A DNA stretch of 64,000 nt, from the NCBI GenBank assembly GCA_965224085.1, contig CBDCYI010000004.1:96001-160000 (forward strand), in the 5' to 3' direction. This document shows, piece by piece, positions 1 through 10,984 of this stretch (the first letter of the stretch is position 1; each line of letters starts with the position of its first letter). The notes under the pieces are model-generated. The model was given only the letters and a program-made list of their open reading frames with translations, was not told the DNA's origin and searched no databases. This DNA comes from Candidatus Marinacidobacterales bacterium (lineage in GTDB: Bacteria; Acidobacteriota; Vicinamibacteria; Marinacidobacterales; SMYC01). The translations under genes were made by a program, and so were the position numbers.

Positions 1-79
1 TTGAATCATTCGGGCCCGACATCCATAGGGAATTCCCCGCAAACTGTTGAAAAGAGGCCCGATCAGGACTTCGCACAAG

Positions 80-96
80 CTGGCACGCCCCTTGCT
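80..96 (+). promoter_or_regulatory. sigma54 (RpoN) -24/-12 promoter
   Basis: CTGGCACGCCCCTTGCT matches the YTGGCACG-N4-TTGCW consensus with exact spacing. Confidence 0.8.
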
Positions 97-106
97 TGGT
101 CCAAGG

Positions 107-226
107 GGTGAGAACGCATTTGGCGTCGCTCCCCAATCTCGACGCCAGCCCCGGGAGGTGCCCCCTGCACCGCCTCTCGGGGATAGAATCAGGGGGACAG
201 GCTTAAAAGCTTGTCCCCCTTTTTCG
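107..226 (+). ncRNA. candidate sigma54-dependent small RNA with three stem-loops
   Basis: Lies between the sigma54 promoter and a terminator. Stems 121-128/140-147, 149-160/171-182 and 191-203/208-220; the only non-Watson-Crick pairs are G-U on the + strand. The 5' end is inferred from promoter geometry. Confidence 0.6.
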
Positions 227-230
227 TTTT
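191..230 (+). terminator. intrinsic terminator
   Basis: AGGGGGACAGGCT-TAAA-AGCTTGTCCCCCT followed by TTTTCGTTTT. Confidence 0.8.
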
Positions 231-251
231 GGGCCAGCGTCGCGGATGGGT

Positions 252-524
252 TCACGGCTCGCTCCCAAAAACCTGACCTCGAAGAACGACGAGCTTCCGA
301 AACGCGCGAAGCCGGCCGTAGAGACGACACGTTTTCCACAGGCTCCAAAGCCGGTAGGTAATAATACCTACTCCCATTCCGCCCGCAATGCCGGTCAAGA
401 ATCGTTCGATGGCCAGATCCGGTGAGGCTCCGGCCTGCGCGACAAGCCAGTCGAGCACGAGGAGTGCTGCGAGCAAAGTGCCGACCCCAACGCTCAGTCG
501 CTGCTTGCGTTTCGAAGCCGCCAC
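252..524 (-). CDS. small hypothetical membrane protein
   Basis: 90-aa ORF with two hydrophobic segments; no family recognised. Confidence 0.35.
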   Translation of the reverse strand: MAASKRKQRLSVGVGTLLAALLVLDWLVAQAGASPDLAIERFLTGIAGGMGVGIITYRLWSLWKTCRLYGRLRAFRKLVVLRGQVFGSEP

Positions 525-531
525 TAACCGA

Positions 532-890
532 CCACGCCCATAGGGCGTGGGTTTAGGAAGGCCCCCCCGAGGGGGCCGATGACGTTGGGAAGGCCCCGTT
601 GGGGCCGTCTCTCGTTAACTCAGGTCGAGATCACCTTGGCGAGACTCAAGCTTTTCTTGCTCCCGGATGTACTTTCTTATTCGCTCCTCGTCAAGGCCAA
701 CCGTACTCACACAGTACCCCTTCGCCCAAAAATGCAAGCCCGTCATACGACGTTCTTTCAGCAATTCTCGGTGGATGCGTACCGCACTCTTCCCTTTCAG
801 AAAACCGATCGTGTGAGATACGCTGTACTTGGGAGGGATGCTCATACACAGGTGGATGTGGTCCGGTTGCGCGTTGCCTTCTATCAGTTC
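532..890 (-). mobile_element. tnpA: IS200/IS605-family TnpA remnant (5' truncated) with end hairpins
   Basis: PDHIHL (HUH motif), SIPPKYSVS..IGFLKGKS, FWAKGYCVSTVG..IRKYI; stop at 615. Downstream hairpins at 532-550, 560-577, 592-606. N-terminus absent. Confidence 0.85.
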
Positions 891-1019
891 TACTGGAATC
901 AAGCCGACTAGGTTGTACAGTCTCGTGGGTTTCGTCCAGTACCCAGACGGATTTGCTGATGCGGGCTCAGGATCGCTCGTCGTCGCTATTCGAGATATCA
1001 TGACAATTGAGGCGGTGAG

Positions 1020-1391
1020 ATGAGTACGACTCGTAGGGAAGAATCCACCGACGCGCTCGCGCGGATTCGCGACCTGCTAGAGCACGAGCGGGTTTCTGAA
1101 GCCAGAGGTGTGCTGCAAGAAGCGCTCGTCTCCCGACCGCACGATGAGGACCTCTTGCGTCTCCAGTCGCTCCTAGCACCACCGCACGTGCGCAAGAGCG
1201 GCACAACACTCGACACCGATCGAACCAAGGACTTCCAGTGGCTCTCCGATAACGCTTCCACGCATCGCGACCGTTGGGTCGCCATTCATGAGGGTCAGCT
1301 CGTCGCCGAGGCGACCTCGCTCGATGAGCTGCTGGAACGCGTGAGCGCTCTTGTGCTGACACATACTCCGCTTATTCATTTCATCGATTAG
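1020..1391 (+). CDS. DUF5678-like small protein
   Basis: C-terminal WL....YR/HR.RWVAIHEGQLVA.ATSLDELL pattern; directly precedes a retropepsin-like gene, the usual partner. Confidence 0.6.
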   Translation: MSTTRREESTDALARIRDLLEHERVSEARGVLQEALVSRPHDEDLLRLQSLLAPPHVRKSGTTLDTDRTKDFQWLSDNASTHRDRWVAIHEGQLVAEATSLDELLERVSALVLTHTPLIHFID

Positions 1392-1394
1392 TGG

Positions 1395-1780
1395 ATGCTG
1401 CGCGATCTCGAAGGGAACTCCTTCGCCACCGGCTGCGCCGTCTTCATGGACACAGATTTACCGGAGGCCTCGCCAAAGATCTATGTCCGCATCCAGCCTG
1501 GGAACATGCCGGCGCCCGTGCTAGCACAGCTAGACACGGGAGCTGCATGGTCGGTTCTCAACGTGGAGATCGCACGTCGCATTGGAGCACTCGACACGAT
1601 CGGTGAGCCGTTCACGGCTATCCACACGAATGGGCAGCTTTCGCGGAAAGCTAGTAAGAGCTTCGGTGTCCCTCGCGGCGGATGCCGGAGAATCGCTCAA
1701 ACTCGATGCCACGTTTCTTCGTCTCATCCGACTGGGTACATGGCACATTCCTTGGATATTCCGGCTTACTCGAGCGGATC
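1395..1780 (+). pseudogene. retropepsin-like (clan AA) aspartyl protease, frameshifted and truncated
   Basis: AQLDTGAAWSVL catalytic motif; homology continues in two other frames (STRMGSFRGKL; TFLGYSGLLERI). Confidence 0.65.
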
Positions 1781-2127
1781 CCCCAGTCGGCGATGTTCTC
1801 GAATAGCGGCTCGTCGGTGGAGGTAGCGATGTCCCCTGTCGACTTCACGAGCGTCCAGCCGTCCGGTGCTCCAGCCGTGTCATCGATGAAGCACGAGTTT
1901 AGGATCTCAGGAGTGATGGCGTCCTCCGCCAGCAGCCCGCGATGGTTGGTCTTGGCCACACCGTCGAGCACTTTGGCGAGTCGTACGTAGCCCTGGCGCT
2001 CGGACGAGTCGACGATGTAGCCCACGTCCGCCCGTATCTCTGCGCGCTTGACTCCTGCGCCTAGGGATGCGATGCCGTTGCGTCGCTGCGCGATGGAGGT
2101 GAGGTCCGGGTTGTCCCACGCCATCAC
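1780..2127 (-). CDS. hypothetical protein fragment
   Basis: Natural-looking ORF composition; collides head-on with the protease remnant; no family recognised. Confidence 0.3.
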
Positions 2128-2500
2128 ATGAGCTCTAACGACGTAGAAGTAAGAGTACGACGTGATGGCTATCGCCGGCGCACGTAGACCGGCAACTCAC
2201 GTTCAAATGCCTCTGGCGCCGTAGCCAACACCGACGGCACAGAAAGGATAGATCCGGGCACCCGTACTCAGCGCTCCACTTTTGCAGTTCATCACCCAAA
2301 CGGAGATCCGCATGTAGTGACGACAAAGACTTGTGCTTCATTCACAACCGCGAAGCCATAAGGAGCTCTGCTCAAAGCTGGCCGATCGAGTCAGGCGACT
2401 AGAGCGGGAGGTCGATCGTCTGACCCTATGCAGCCGGCATCGTGACTTTGCCTTCGCGCTGCAAGGCGAGGGGCCGTCTTCTGCACCGGGGAAACTGAAC

Positions 2501-2576
2501 TGGTGGCGAAGGCAGGATTCGAACCTGCGACCTCCAGGTTATGAGCCTGGCGAGCTGACCGCTGCTCCACTCCGCT
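2501..2576 (-). tRNA. tRNA-Met(CAT), initiator-like
   Basis: Reverse complement AGCGGAGTGGAGCAGCGGTCAGCTCGCCAGGCTCATAACCTGGAGGTCGCAGGTTCGAATCCTGCCTTCGCCACCA; cloverleaf, A1:C72 mismatch, encoded CCA. Confidence 0.93.
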
Positions 2577-2722
2577 CCGAGCCGTGTCCAATCCACGCCG
2601 CCGGCGGGAAACTGTCGCAAAACTGTCGCGATCCTCCAGATAACTCCAGGGGCTCAGGGAGCAAAAAGCCACATTTCGGGCGCCATTTCCATCCCTGAGT
2701 CTCCCTGAGCTATCTGGAGCCT

Positions 2723-3020
2723 CACCGAGCCAAGATGCTCGACTTTGGGCTCGCAAAACCAACGGGTGCGTTTGCCGGAGGCGACGCCGATAGTGCCCTT
2801 CCTACGGTGGCGAAGACAGCCGAGGGAGTGATCGTCGGGACGATGAACTACATGTCCCCCGAGCAGGTAGAGGGACAGGCAATCGATCACCGTTCCGACA
2901 TCTTTTCCGTCGGGATCATTTTTTACGAGATGGCGACAGGCAGACGCCCGTTTCAAGGCGAAACGCCGACTGCCACTCCCTTGTCGATCCTCAAAGACAC
3001 CCCTGCTTCCGTGACCGATT
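2723..3020 (+). pseudogene. Hanks-type Ser/Thr kinase fragment
   Basis: [37 protein letters not shown]; N-lobe missing. Confidence 0.85.
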
Positions 3021-3480
3021 GCCAGTCCTTCACTGCCGCCGCTTCTCGCGAGAATCCACTAGGAACCGTCGCTGTATCCGAAGTAGAACAGGTTGCGGGA
3101 GGGGTCGATGGCAAATCGGCCAGCAAGTCGTCAAGGTCACCAAAGGCTCGGGTGACACCTAGTTTCATCGCTCGTTCACCACTACGGCGCTAGACCGGCG
3201 CATCCTCATCTGGGCAAAGTCGGCTACCGCTGGAGCACAGCGCGAGTGGGCGTACCAGCGCGACGATGGCGATTGGTGGGACGACAGCGGTGAGTCCTGG
3301 GCAGCATCGATAGCGTGGAACGCGCTCGCGCTCACGAACGCGGAGTGGACGCGTACACACTCGAAGCTCATCACGGGCCAAGGCGCAGGTACTGGCGTCC
3401 TCCGCATCGGCAAGAGCGGCGGCAGCGAGTCCTAAACCGTTGATTCTAGGGCTAACACAGGCTGAGACCGATTCATGATT

Positions 3481-3525
3481 TGGTTCCAGGAGCTGAAGCG
3501 GCTCGTTCCGATCGACACCGGATAG
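3481..3525 (+). pseudogene. C-terminal tail of a kinase/beta-propeller protein
   Basis: WFQELKRLVPIDTG* resembles the C-terminus I recall for acidobacterial kinase-PD40 proteins. Confidence 0.5.
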
Positions 3526-3536
3526 GACTCTTTCGC

Positions 3537-6149
3537 TTAGGCTGGCGTCGCGACGGGCTCGCTCGTGAACGTGAACGCACCGTCCTGGACGCCGATCCGC
3601 AGAGTTTTACCCTCCCGAATTTCTCCCGTCAGAAGACGCCGCGCGATTTCCGTTTCGAGCGACTTCTGTATCGTCCGCTTGATGGGCCGCGCCCCGTAGA
3701 CCGGGTCGTAGCCCGCCTCGGCGAGAAGGCGCTTCGCCCCATCCGTGAGCGCGAGCTCGATCCGTTTGTGGGCGAGCCGCCGCGCGAGCCTCTGAAGTTG
3801 GATATCGACGATGGCGACGAGCTGCTCTTTGTCGAGAGCGTGGAAGACGACGACCTCATCAACGCGATTCAAGAACTCGGGCCGGAAGTGTTGCTTCATC
3901 TGGCCGAGCACCTCGCCTTTCATTTGCAGGTAGTGCTCACTGTCCGACGTGCCCTCGAAAGCGAGGATCTCCGAGCTTCCAATATTCGATGTCATGATGA
4001 GCATCGTATTGCGGAAGTCGACCGTACGCCCCTGAGAATCGGTGAGACGGCCTTCGTCGAGAATCTGCAGGAGCAGATTGAAGACGTCCGCATGGGCCTT
4101 TTCGACCTCGTCGAACAGGACGACCGAGAACGGCTTCCGCCGTACGGCCTCCGTCAGCTGACCACCCTCCTCGTAGCCGACATAGCCGGGAGGCGCCCCA
4201 ACGAGACGGGCCACGGCATGTTTCTCCATGTACTCGCTCATATCGATACGTATGAGCGCCTTCTCGTCGTTAAACAGATAAGCCGCCAGTGTCCGGGCGA
4301 GCTCCGTCTTACCGACACCCGTGGGCCCGAGAAAGATGAAGCTTCCGATGGGCCGATCCGGATCTTGGATGCCTGCACGGGCGCGCACGACCGCGTCCGC
4401 GACCGCGTCAACGGCCTCGTCTTGACCGATGACGCGCTCGTGGAGATGGGCGCCGAGTTGAAGCAGCTTGTCGACTTCGCCCTCGAGGAGCTTCGCCACC
4501 GGAATACCTGTCCAGCGAGCGACGACTTCGGCGATATCCTCATCGCCGACCTCCTCTTTGAGCAAAACGCTCTTTCTGTCGGCGAGCGCTGCTTCGGCTT
4601 TCTCGAGCGCGGCGCCGAGCTCGTTCAAGCGCCCGTAGCGAAGCTCCGCGACTTTGTTGAGATCGTACGCTCTTTCCGCTTTTTCGATTTCCTGCTTCGT
4701 CTGCTCGATCGCCTCGCGACGTTGCCGCACAGAGCCGAGAAGGTCTTTTTCTTCCTGCCACTGAGCCCGGAGGCCATCCGCGAGCGCTTTTCCGTCCTTC
4801 AGCTCTTTTTCCAGCTGCCTCAAACGACCCTTCGAAGCTTTGTCCTTTTCCTTCTTGAGCGCCTGGCGCTCAATCTCCAGCTGCATGACACGGCGATCCA
4901 CCTCGTCGAGCTCCGTCGGCACGCTGTCGATCTCGGTTCGTAGACGCGCGGCAGCTTCGTCGACGAGGTCGATGGCCTTGTCCGGCAAGAACCGGTCGGA
5001 GATGTAGCGATGTGACAAAAGAGCCGCCGCGACGAGCGCAGTATCTTTGATACGGACGCCGTGGTGCACTTCGTACCGCTCGTTGAGCCCCCGCAAGATC
5101 GAAATGGTGTCCTCGGTGCTCGGCTCGTCGACGAGCACGGTCTGAAAACGCCTTTCGAGCGCGGCGTCTTTTTCGATGTGCTTGCGATATTCGTCGAGCG
5201 TCGTGGCGCCGATACAGTGGAGCTCGCCGCGCGCGAGCATCGGCTTGAGCAGATTGCCGGCATCCATCGGTGCACCTTCGGCCTTACCCGCGCCGACGAC
5301 GTTGTGGAGCTCGTCGATGAACAAGATGACCCGCCCGTCGGATTCTTGGACCGCTTTGAGGACGGCTTTGAGCCGCTCTTCAAACTCACCGCGATATTTC
5401 GCGCCCGCTATGAGAGCGCCCATATCGAGCGAAACGACCTGCTTGTCTTTCAGTCCTTCGGGAACGTCGCCGCGCACGATGCGCTGGGCGAGCCCTTCCG
5501 CGATCGCCGTCTTGCCAACGCCAGGCTCTCCGATGAGTACCGGGTTGTTCTTCGTGCGGCGCGACAGAATCTGAATCACGCGACGAATCTCGTCGTCACG
5601 GCCGATCACAGGATCGAGCTTGCCGGATGACGCTTGCTGGGTGAGGTCGCGCCCATATTGCTCGAGAGCTTCATAGGTGCTCTCGGGGTTCTGAGAGGTC
5701 ACGCGTTGGGTGCCGCGCACCTCCTTCAAAGCCGAGAGCAACGCCTCCCGGCTGACGCCCCGCTCAGACAGAAGCTTGCCGGACGGGCCGTCATCCGATG
5801 CCAAGCCGAGCAAGAGATGCTCGACGCTCACATAATCGTCCTTGAGGGTTGACGCTTCCTGCTGCGCCTGATCGAGCACGCCTCTCAAGCGCGCTCCGAT
5901 ATAGAGCTGTCCGGCGCCCGGGCCTTTTACGGAGGGAACGGCTTCGAGCTCGTTCTCAACGGCGGCTCTGAGCGACGCGAGGTTCGGCTCGAGACGAGAC
6001 AAAATCGTTTCGGTTAGGCCACCTTCCTGCTCCAGCAGAGCAAGAAGGAGATGCTCGGACTCGATCTGCTGGTGGCCCTGCCTAGTCGCGAGTGCCTGCG
6101 CCTCCCCCACGGCTTCCTGGGATTTTTCCGTTAACTTGTTGAAATCCAT
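3537..6149 (-). CDS. clpB: ATP-dependent chaperone ClpB
   Basis: 870 aa; two AAA modules ([16 protein letters not shown]), [11 protein letters not shown], long coiled-coil M domain, GAPPGYVGY. Confidence 0.98.
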   Translation of the reverse strand: MDFNKLTEKSQEAVGEAQALATRQGHQQIESEHLLLALLEQEGGLTETILSRLEPNLASLRAAVENELEAVPSVKGPGAGQLYIGARLRGVLDQAQQEASTLKDDYVSVEHLLLGLASDDGPSGKLLSERGVSREALLSALKEVRGTQRVTSQNPESTYEALEQYGRDLTQQASSGKLDPVIGRDDEIRRVIQILSRRTKNNPVLIGEPGVGKTAIAEGLAQRIVRGDVPEGLKDKQVVSLDMGALIAGAKYRGEFEERLKAVLKAVQESDGRVILFIDELHNVVGAGKAEGAPMDAGNLLKPMLARGELHCIGATTLDEYRKHIEKDAALERRFQTVLVDEPSTEDTISILRGLNERYEVHHGVRIKDTALVAAALLSHRYISDRFLPDKAIDLVDEAAARLRTEIDSVPTELDEVDRRVMQLEIERQALKKEKDKASKGRLRQLEKELKDGKALADGLRAQWQEEKDLLGSVRQRREAIEQTKQEIEKAERAYDLNKVAELRYGRLNELGAALEKAEAALADRKSVLLKEEVGDEDIAEVVARWTGIPVAKLLEGEVDKLLQLGAHLHERVIGQDEAVDAVADAVVRARAGIQDPDRPIGSFIFLGPTGVGKTELARTLAAYLFNDEKALIRIDMSEYMEKHAVARLVGAPPGYVGYEEGGQLTEAVRRKPFSVVLFDEVEKAHADVFNLLLQILDEGRLTDSQGRTVDFRNTMLIMTSNIGSSEILAFEGTSDSEHYLQMKGEVLGQMKQHFRPEFLNRVDEVVVFHALDKEQLVAIVDIQLQRLARRLAHKRIELALTDGAKRLLAEAGYDPVYGARPIKRTIQKSLETEIARRLLTGEIREGKTLRIGVQDGAFTFTSEPVATPA

Positions 6150-6240
6150 AGCCTACATCCTCCTGACATCGAGGTATGCGTAAGTATAACATATTAGTTC
6201 TAATATATCAAATAATATAATGCCATGGCACTCATTTTAA

Positions 6241-6269
6241 TTGACGAACCCGGGGCTATCCGCTATACT
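6241..6269 (+). promoter_or_regulatory. sigma70-type promoter for dnaK
   Basis: TTGACG-N17-TATACT, with an AT-rich tract upstream. Confidence 0.75.
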
Positions 6270-6314
6270 AGTTATCGTAACGTGGTCCAAAACCATTACA
6301 AGCGACTGCGCTGA

Positions 6315-7258
<944 letters not shown>

Positions 7259-8350
7259 GCTGCCTTGGTGCACAACTCCGATAGAGGCCGAGAGCTCGCT
7301 TGGCCCCGACTCCCATCATCCGATCATCTCGCTATCAGGCATCCCGAGCGCCGTCATGGTGTTGAGAATCTTGCACCCGATCCTTGCCTCGACTCTCTGT
7401 GCCGCCAACCCTCTCGCTCGCATCGCTGAGCCCACGATAGCCTTGTAGCGATGGAACGTTGTCTCGACTTTGCTCCGTTTGCTGTAGCCCGATTCTGTGT
7501 GCCACTTTCGTTTGCCGAGCCGAGCTTGTGCTGCAAATGTTGCGATTGCGCTGTCGGCTGCTCGCCGGCCCCGATGCGAGCTGGGCGCCCTTGCGCGGCG
7601 GTATCAGCACCCTCGGTGAGCGATGAGCGCTGTGATTCTCGATTGCCTCATAGACGCCGCTGGCGTCGTATGCGGTGTCAGCTCTGGCCGATGAGATGGG
7701 ACTGTCGATCTGTCTGACAAGCGATGCAACCCGCGATGAATCGCGGGCTCTTTTGCTCGTCAGCTCGCAGGCGACGACTTCGCCAGTCTGCTCGTCGACA
7801 CACAGATGGAGCTTGCGATAGTCCCTGCTATTTGGTGCTCTGCGCAGCTGGCCGGCGTGGACAGCGAGACCGCTGCTGTCGATCAAGATGTGCAACGGCG
7901 TCTTCTGCTTGTCTTGGTAGAAGGGGACCTTACCCAGCTTCGCCTTGCGCCTCGAGATCGTGGTGTGATCGGGCACATCATTGTCTAGCTTCATCAGAGC
8001 GAACAACGATCGCAGCAATCCCTCGCTCTGTCTAGATGACAGATGAAACACCATGCCCAGGGTGACAGCCGTCTCGATGGCGTGGTTCGACTACTTGCGT
8101 TGACGGCCCGGTTTCCTCCTCCTCGGCCGGGGCGCGTCCCAGTTCACAAGCTTGCCGGCGGTGAGCGAGATCCAGACGGTCAGGCTCCCACGGTTGCGTA
8201 GACCCGCCTCATATTCACGCCAATTCCTCACGCGATAGGCCTTCTTCACATACTTCCGCTGAGTGCGTTTGAAAATGCTCATGGGGAACCTCGAATCCGT
8301 GAGTAAAGGACAATTGTGGACCGAGATCGCGAGTTGTGCACCAAGGCAGC
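7259..8350 (-). mobile_element. IS5-family (IS903-like) insertion sequence
   Basis: Perfect 20-bp inverted repeats GCTGCCTTGGTGCACAACTC (7259-7278 / 8331-8350); true ends may be up to 3 bp further in; no target duplication seen. Confidence 0.9.
7335..8282 (-). pseudogene. IS5-family DDE transposase, disrupted
   Basis: YRVRNWREYEAGLRNRGSLTVW, PDHTTISRR, LIDSSG, RKLHLCVD; in-frame TAG at 8091-8093 and a frameshift near 7540. Confidence 0.88.
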
Positions 8351-8832
8351 CTCGGGCCCATCACGGTCGCGCGTGCGAGGGCGACGCGCTGACGTTCGCC
8401 GCCAGAAAGCTGATCGGGACGGTGACCGGCTCTGCCGTTCATCCCGACGCGAGCGATCGCTTGCGTCGCGCGCTCACGCCGGTCCGACAGAGCAATTCCC
8501 GCGAAGACCATCGGAAGCTCCACGTTCTCTAGAGCCGTCAGCCTCGGTACGAGATGAAAGAACTGAAACACAAAGCCGATTTGATGGCGGCGAACCTCGG
8601 TGAGCTCCATCTCGCCCAGCCCTCCTACCTCCCGCCCATCGAGCTTGTAGACGCCCGAGCTTGGTTTATCGAGACATCCAAGGATGTTGAGAAGCGTGGA
8701 CTTCCCGGAACCCGAAGGCCCCATGATGGCGACGTGCTCGCCGTCCTGAATAGGCTCGTCCACGTCGACCAAAGCGTGCACGCGCTCCTCGCCGAGCGGA
8801 AAACTGCGGCAAACCTTTTCGAGCTCGATCAA
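8351..8832 (-). pseudogene. ABC transporter ATP-binding protein (LolD/MacB-like), 3' truncated by the IS
   Basis: GPSGSGKST, LSGGERQRVALARA; the sequence enters the IS repeat before Walker B. Confidence 0.88.
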
Positions 8833-9986
8833 GGCGCGCCTTCTTCCGCCTCCACGACGACTTCGGCGCCCGGCGCGACTTCGGCGCGGTCGAGAGAGAC
8901 GACGACGCGATCCCCGGGCTCGAGACCGGTCAGAATCTCCGTGTAATCCCAGTTACTCAAGCCCACCGTCACCTCACGGCTCGTAAGCATGAGATCGTCG
9001 CCGACGAGCAGAACGCGGCGTCCCTCCATCAGCGCGGCTGTGGGAATGCGAAGCACATTCTCCTTTACCTCGAGAAGCACTTCGACGTCCGCCGAGGTGC
9101 CCGGGAGCAGCTTCGTATCCAGTTTGCTGTCATACAGATCCACTTCGATCTCGACGGTTCGGTTCTGTGCTTCGATGTCGAGTACATAAGGGGCGACCCG
9201 CGTGACCCGACCCCAGAAATGCTTTCCCCGAAAAGAATCGATACTCACGCGGACTTTCTGGTCGACGGCGATCCGCGCCGAGTCCACTTCATCCATGGGA
9301 GCGCTCACGAAGATCGATTCCGGATCCAGAATGTCGATCGCCGGCGGCACCGGAAGTGCGGGCGGTGACGGTGTCACCCATTCGCCGATCTCCGCGTCTA
9401 CCTCGGCAACGATCGCGTCGAAGGGTGCGTGCAGTATCATCTTTGCGACGCGGGTCTCTGCCAGAGTTACGGAAGCGGCCGCCCGTGCCACGCTCGATCC
9501 CGCGGCGCGGCAAGCGGCCGCCGCGCGACGAGACTCGGTCTCCGCATCGTCGAGCAAATCGCGGCTGGCAATCTCTTCCTCGGTCAGTCGCCTAATACGT
9601 TCCAAGTTCCTCGCGGCCCGCTCGGCGGCGAGACAAGATTGTTCCTGCTGGGAGCGCGCCGCTTCGAGCTCTCGCCCTGCGAGGTCGAGCTGTGCTCGCT
9701 GCAGTTGATCATCAAGCTCCAGAACAACGTCGCCTTTCGCGACACGCTGACCTTCTCGAAACGGCAGGGCTATGACCACGCCGCCGACCTCAGGCGAGAG
9801 CTTCGCGCGACGCCTCGCCTCGAGCGTCCCCGCGCGCGTGTTCGTCACCGCTTCCTCGACGCGTCCCGGTTCCGCCGTTGCGACGATCACCGGCACCCGA
9901 TCTCCCACGAAGATATACAGGCGCAAGAGGAAAAAGACCCCAGCCATGGCCGCCAGGGTCGCGACAATCTTGAAGTAACGTTTCAT
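8829..9986 (-). CDS. efflux membrane-fusion/periplasmic adaptor protein (MacA/HlyD-like)
   Basis: N-terminal TM, EGQRVAKGDVVLELD, coiled hairpin, LHAPFDAIV, IPTAAL; 4-bp overlap with the ABC ATPase. Confidence 0.88.
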   Translation of the reverse strand: MKRYFKIVATLAAMAGVFFLLRLYIFVGDRVPVIVATAEPGRVEEAVTNTRAGTLEARRRAKLSPEVGGVVIALPFREGQRVAKGDVVLELDDQLQRAQLDLAGRELEAARSQQEQSCLAAERAARNLERIRRLTEEEIASRDLLDDAETESRRAAAACRAAGSSVARAAASVTLAETRVAKMILHAPFDAIVAEVDAEIGEWVTPSPPALPVPPAIDILDPESIFVSAPMDEVDSARIAVDQKVRVSIDSFRGKHFWGRVTRVAPYVLDIEAQNRTVEIEVDLYDSKLDTKLLPGTSADVEVLLEVKENVLRIPTAALMEGRRVLLVGDDLMLTSREVTVGLSNWDYTEILTGLEPGDRVVVSLDRAEVAPGAEVVVEAEEGAP

Positions 9987-10213
9987 TCACCCTCGTTTTT
10001 TTTACCCGGCGCCGGCGTCGACTCACGAGGTGCTGGAGACGAGCGTCCTGTCCAGGAAACCTGCAGCGAATCCGGACGCTCAATGGCCAGGGTGCTTCGA
10101 GACGCAACACACGGCAAGCCGCCATCTTGTCATAGAACCGGTCCCAGGGTTCTTCCGTGACAAAGAGGTGGGGCTCGACGATGCCGGGCGCCTGCGAGCT
10201 CTGGCAGAGGTGA

Positions 10214-10984
10214 CTAGCTCGACGTCCGGCCGCCGCTTGCTTCGGTCAAAGCATTGCGCACGTCCCAAAGCTCGGGGAAAAAACGGTAGCGTGTCGTCGA
10301 GGTCAAATAGCGGCTCCCCTCGGTGCCACCCGTTCCGATCGCCCGATCGCCAATCATCCGCTCGACCATGCGCACGTGGTTGGAACGCCATGTAAGGATC
10401 TGCCGGTCGAGCTCGACGCATGCTTCACTGAGAGCGAACAATTCGAACTGCTTCCACCGTTGCTCGTAGATTTCGACTAGGCTTCGCGGCTGGCGCTCGA
10501 CGAGCTTCACGAAGGCTCTGTGAAGGGTCGTCGGGACCTCTTCCACGAGGCCCGGCCATTGCGCGCGAACACGGGTTTCATAAGCTTCGCCGACGGTCTC
10601 GCATAGGCCGCCCATCACTTCGATCTGTCGAAACTGCCGCGACTGCAAGCCACTCGATTGCTTCAAGTAGGACCGGAACTCTTGAAAGTCGGCGGCGCTC
10701 ATCATCTCTAATATGCCGAGCTGAGTGTCGAGCGCTTGAAAAATGCGGCCGAGGCGCTGGATAAGCCAAGTCGCTTGCGCGACGGCGTCGCTTTCGAGCA
10801 TGGCGATGATGCGCTCGAGGTCGTGGATCACTTGGCGGAACCAGAGCTCGTAGCTCTGATGCATGATCACGAAGACGCTCTCCTCTGGATGCGGCGACAC
10901 GAACTTCTGCGCTGTCAGAAGCTTCTCTAGCTGCAGATGCTCGATGTAGTTGAACTGCAGATCTTCGGCGCTCGAATCGGTCAT
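10214..10984 (-). CDS. kynA: tryptophan 2,3-dioxygenase
   Basis: FVIMHQSYELWF, SGLQSRQFRQIE, H..MVERMIG...GTGGTEG..YL, FFPELW. Confidence 0.9.
   Translation of the reverse strand: MTDSSAEDLQFNYIEHLQLEKLLTAQKFVSPHPEESVFVIMHQSYELWFRQVIHDLERIIAMLESDAVAQATWLIQRLGRIFQALDTQLGILEMMSAADFQEFRSYLKQSSGLQSRQFRQIEVMGGLCETVGEAYETRVRAQWPGLVEEVPTTLHRAFVKLVERQPRSLVEIYEQRWKQFELFALSEACVELDRQILTWRSNHVRMVERMIGDRAIGTGGTEGSRYLTSTTRYRFFPELWDVRNALTEASGGRTSS

Noticed and set aside
47-361. 104-aa + strand ORF
   Set aside because: Runs through a promoter, hairpins and a terminator; composition is not protein-like
891-941. Imperfect hairpin TACTGGA...TCCAGTA at the IS200 truncation point, considered as attC
   Set aside because: No RYYYAAC/GTTRRRY boxes in the right arrangement
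3480-4943. Long ORFs antisense to real genes (also 12201-14291, 15452-16741, 18704-20059, 45574-46848, 55705-56919)
   Set aside because: Shadow frames expected in GC-rich coding DNA; the opposite strand carries the recognisable protein
6226-6251. CIRCE (HrcA) operator between clpB and dnaK
   Set aside because: Only the left half (TGGCACTC) is present; the right half reads GACGAACCC, not GAGTGCTAA
8091-8093. In-frame TAG in the IS5 transposase as programmed readthrough
   Set aside because: The position is normally Tyr and the gene has another frameshift; simple nonsense mutation is more likely
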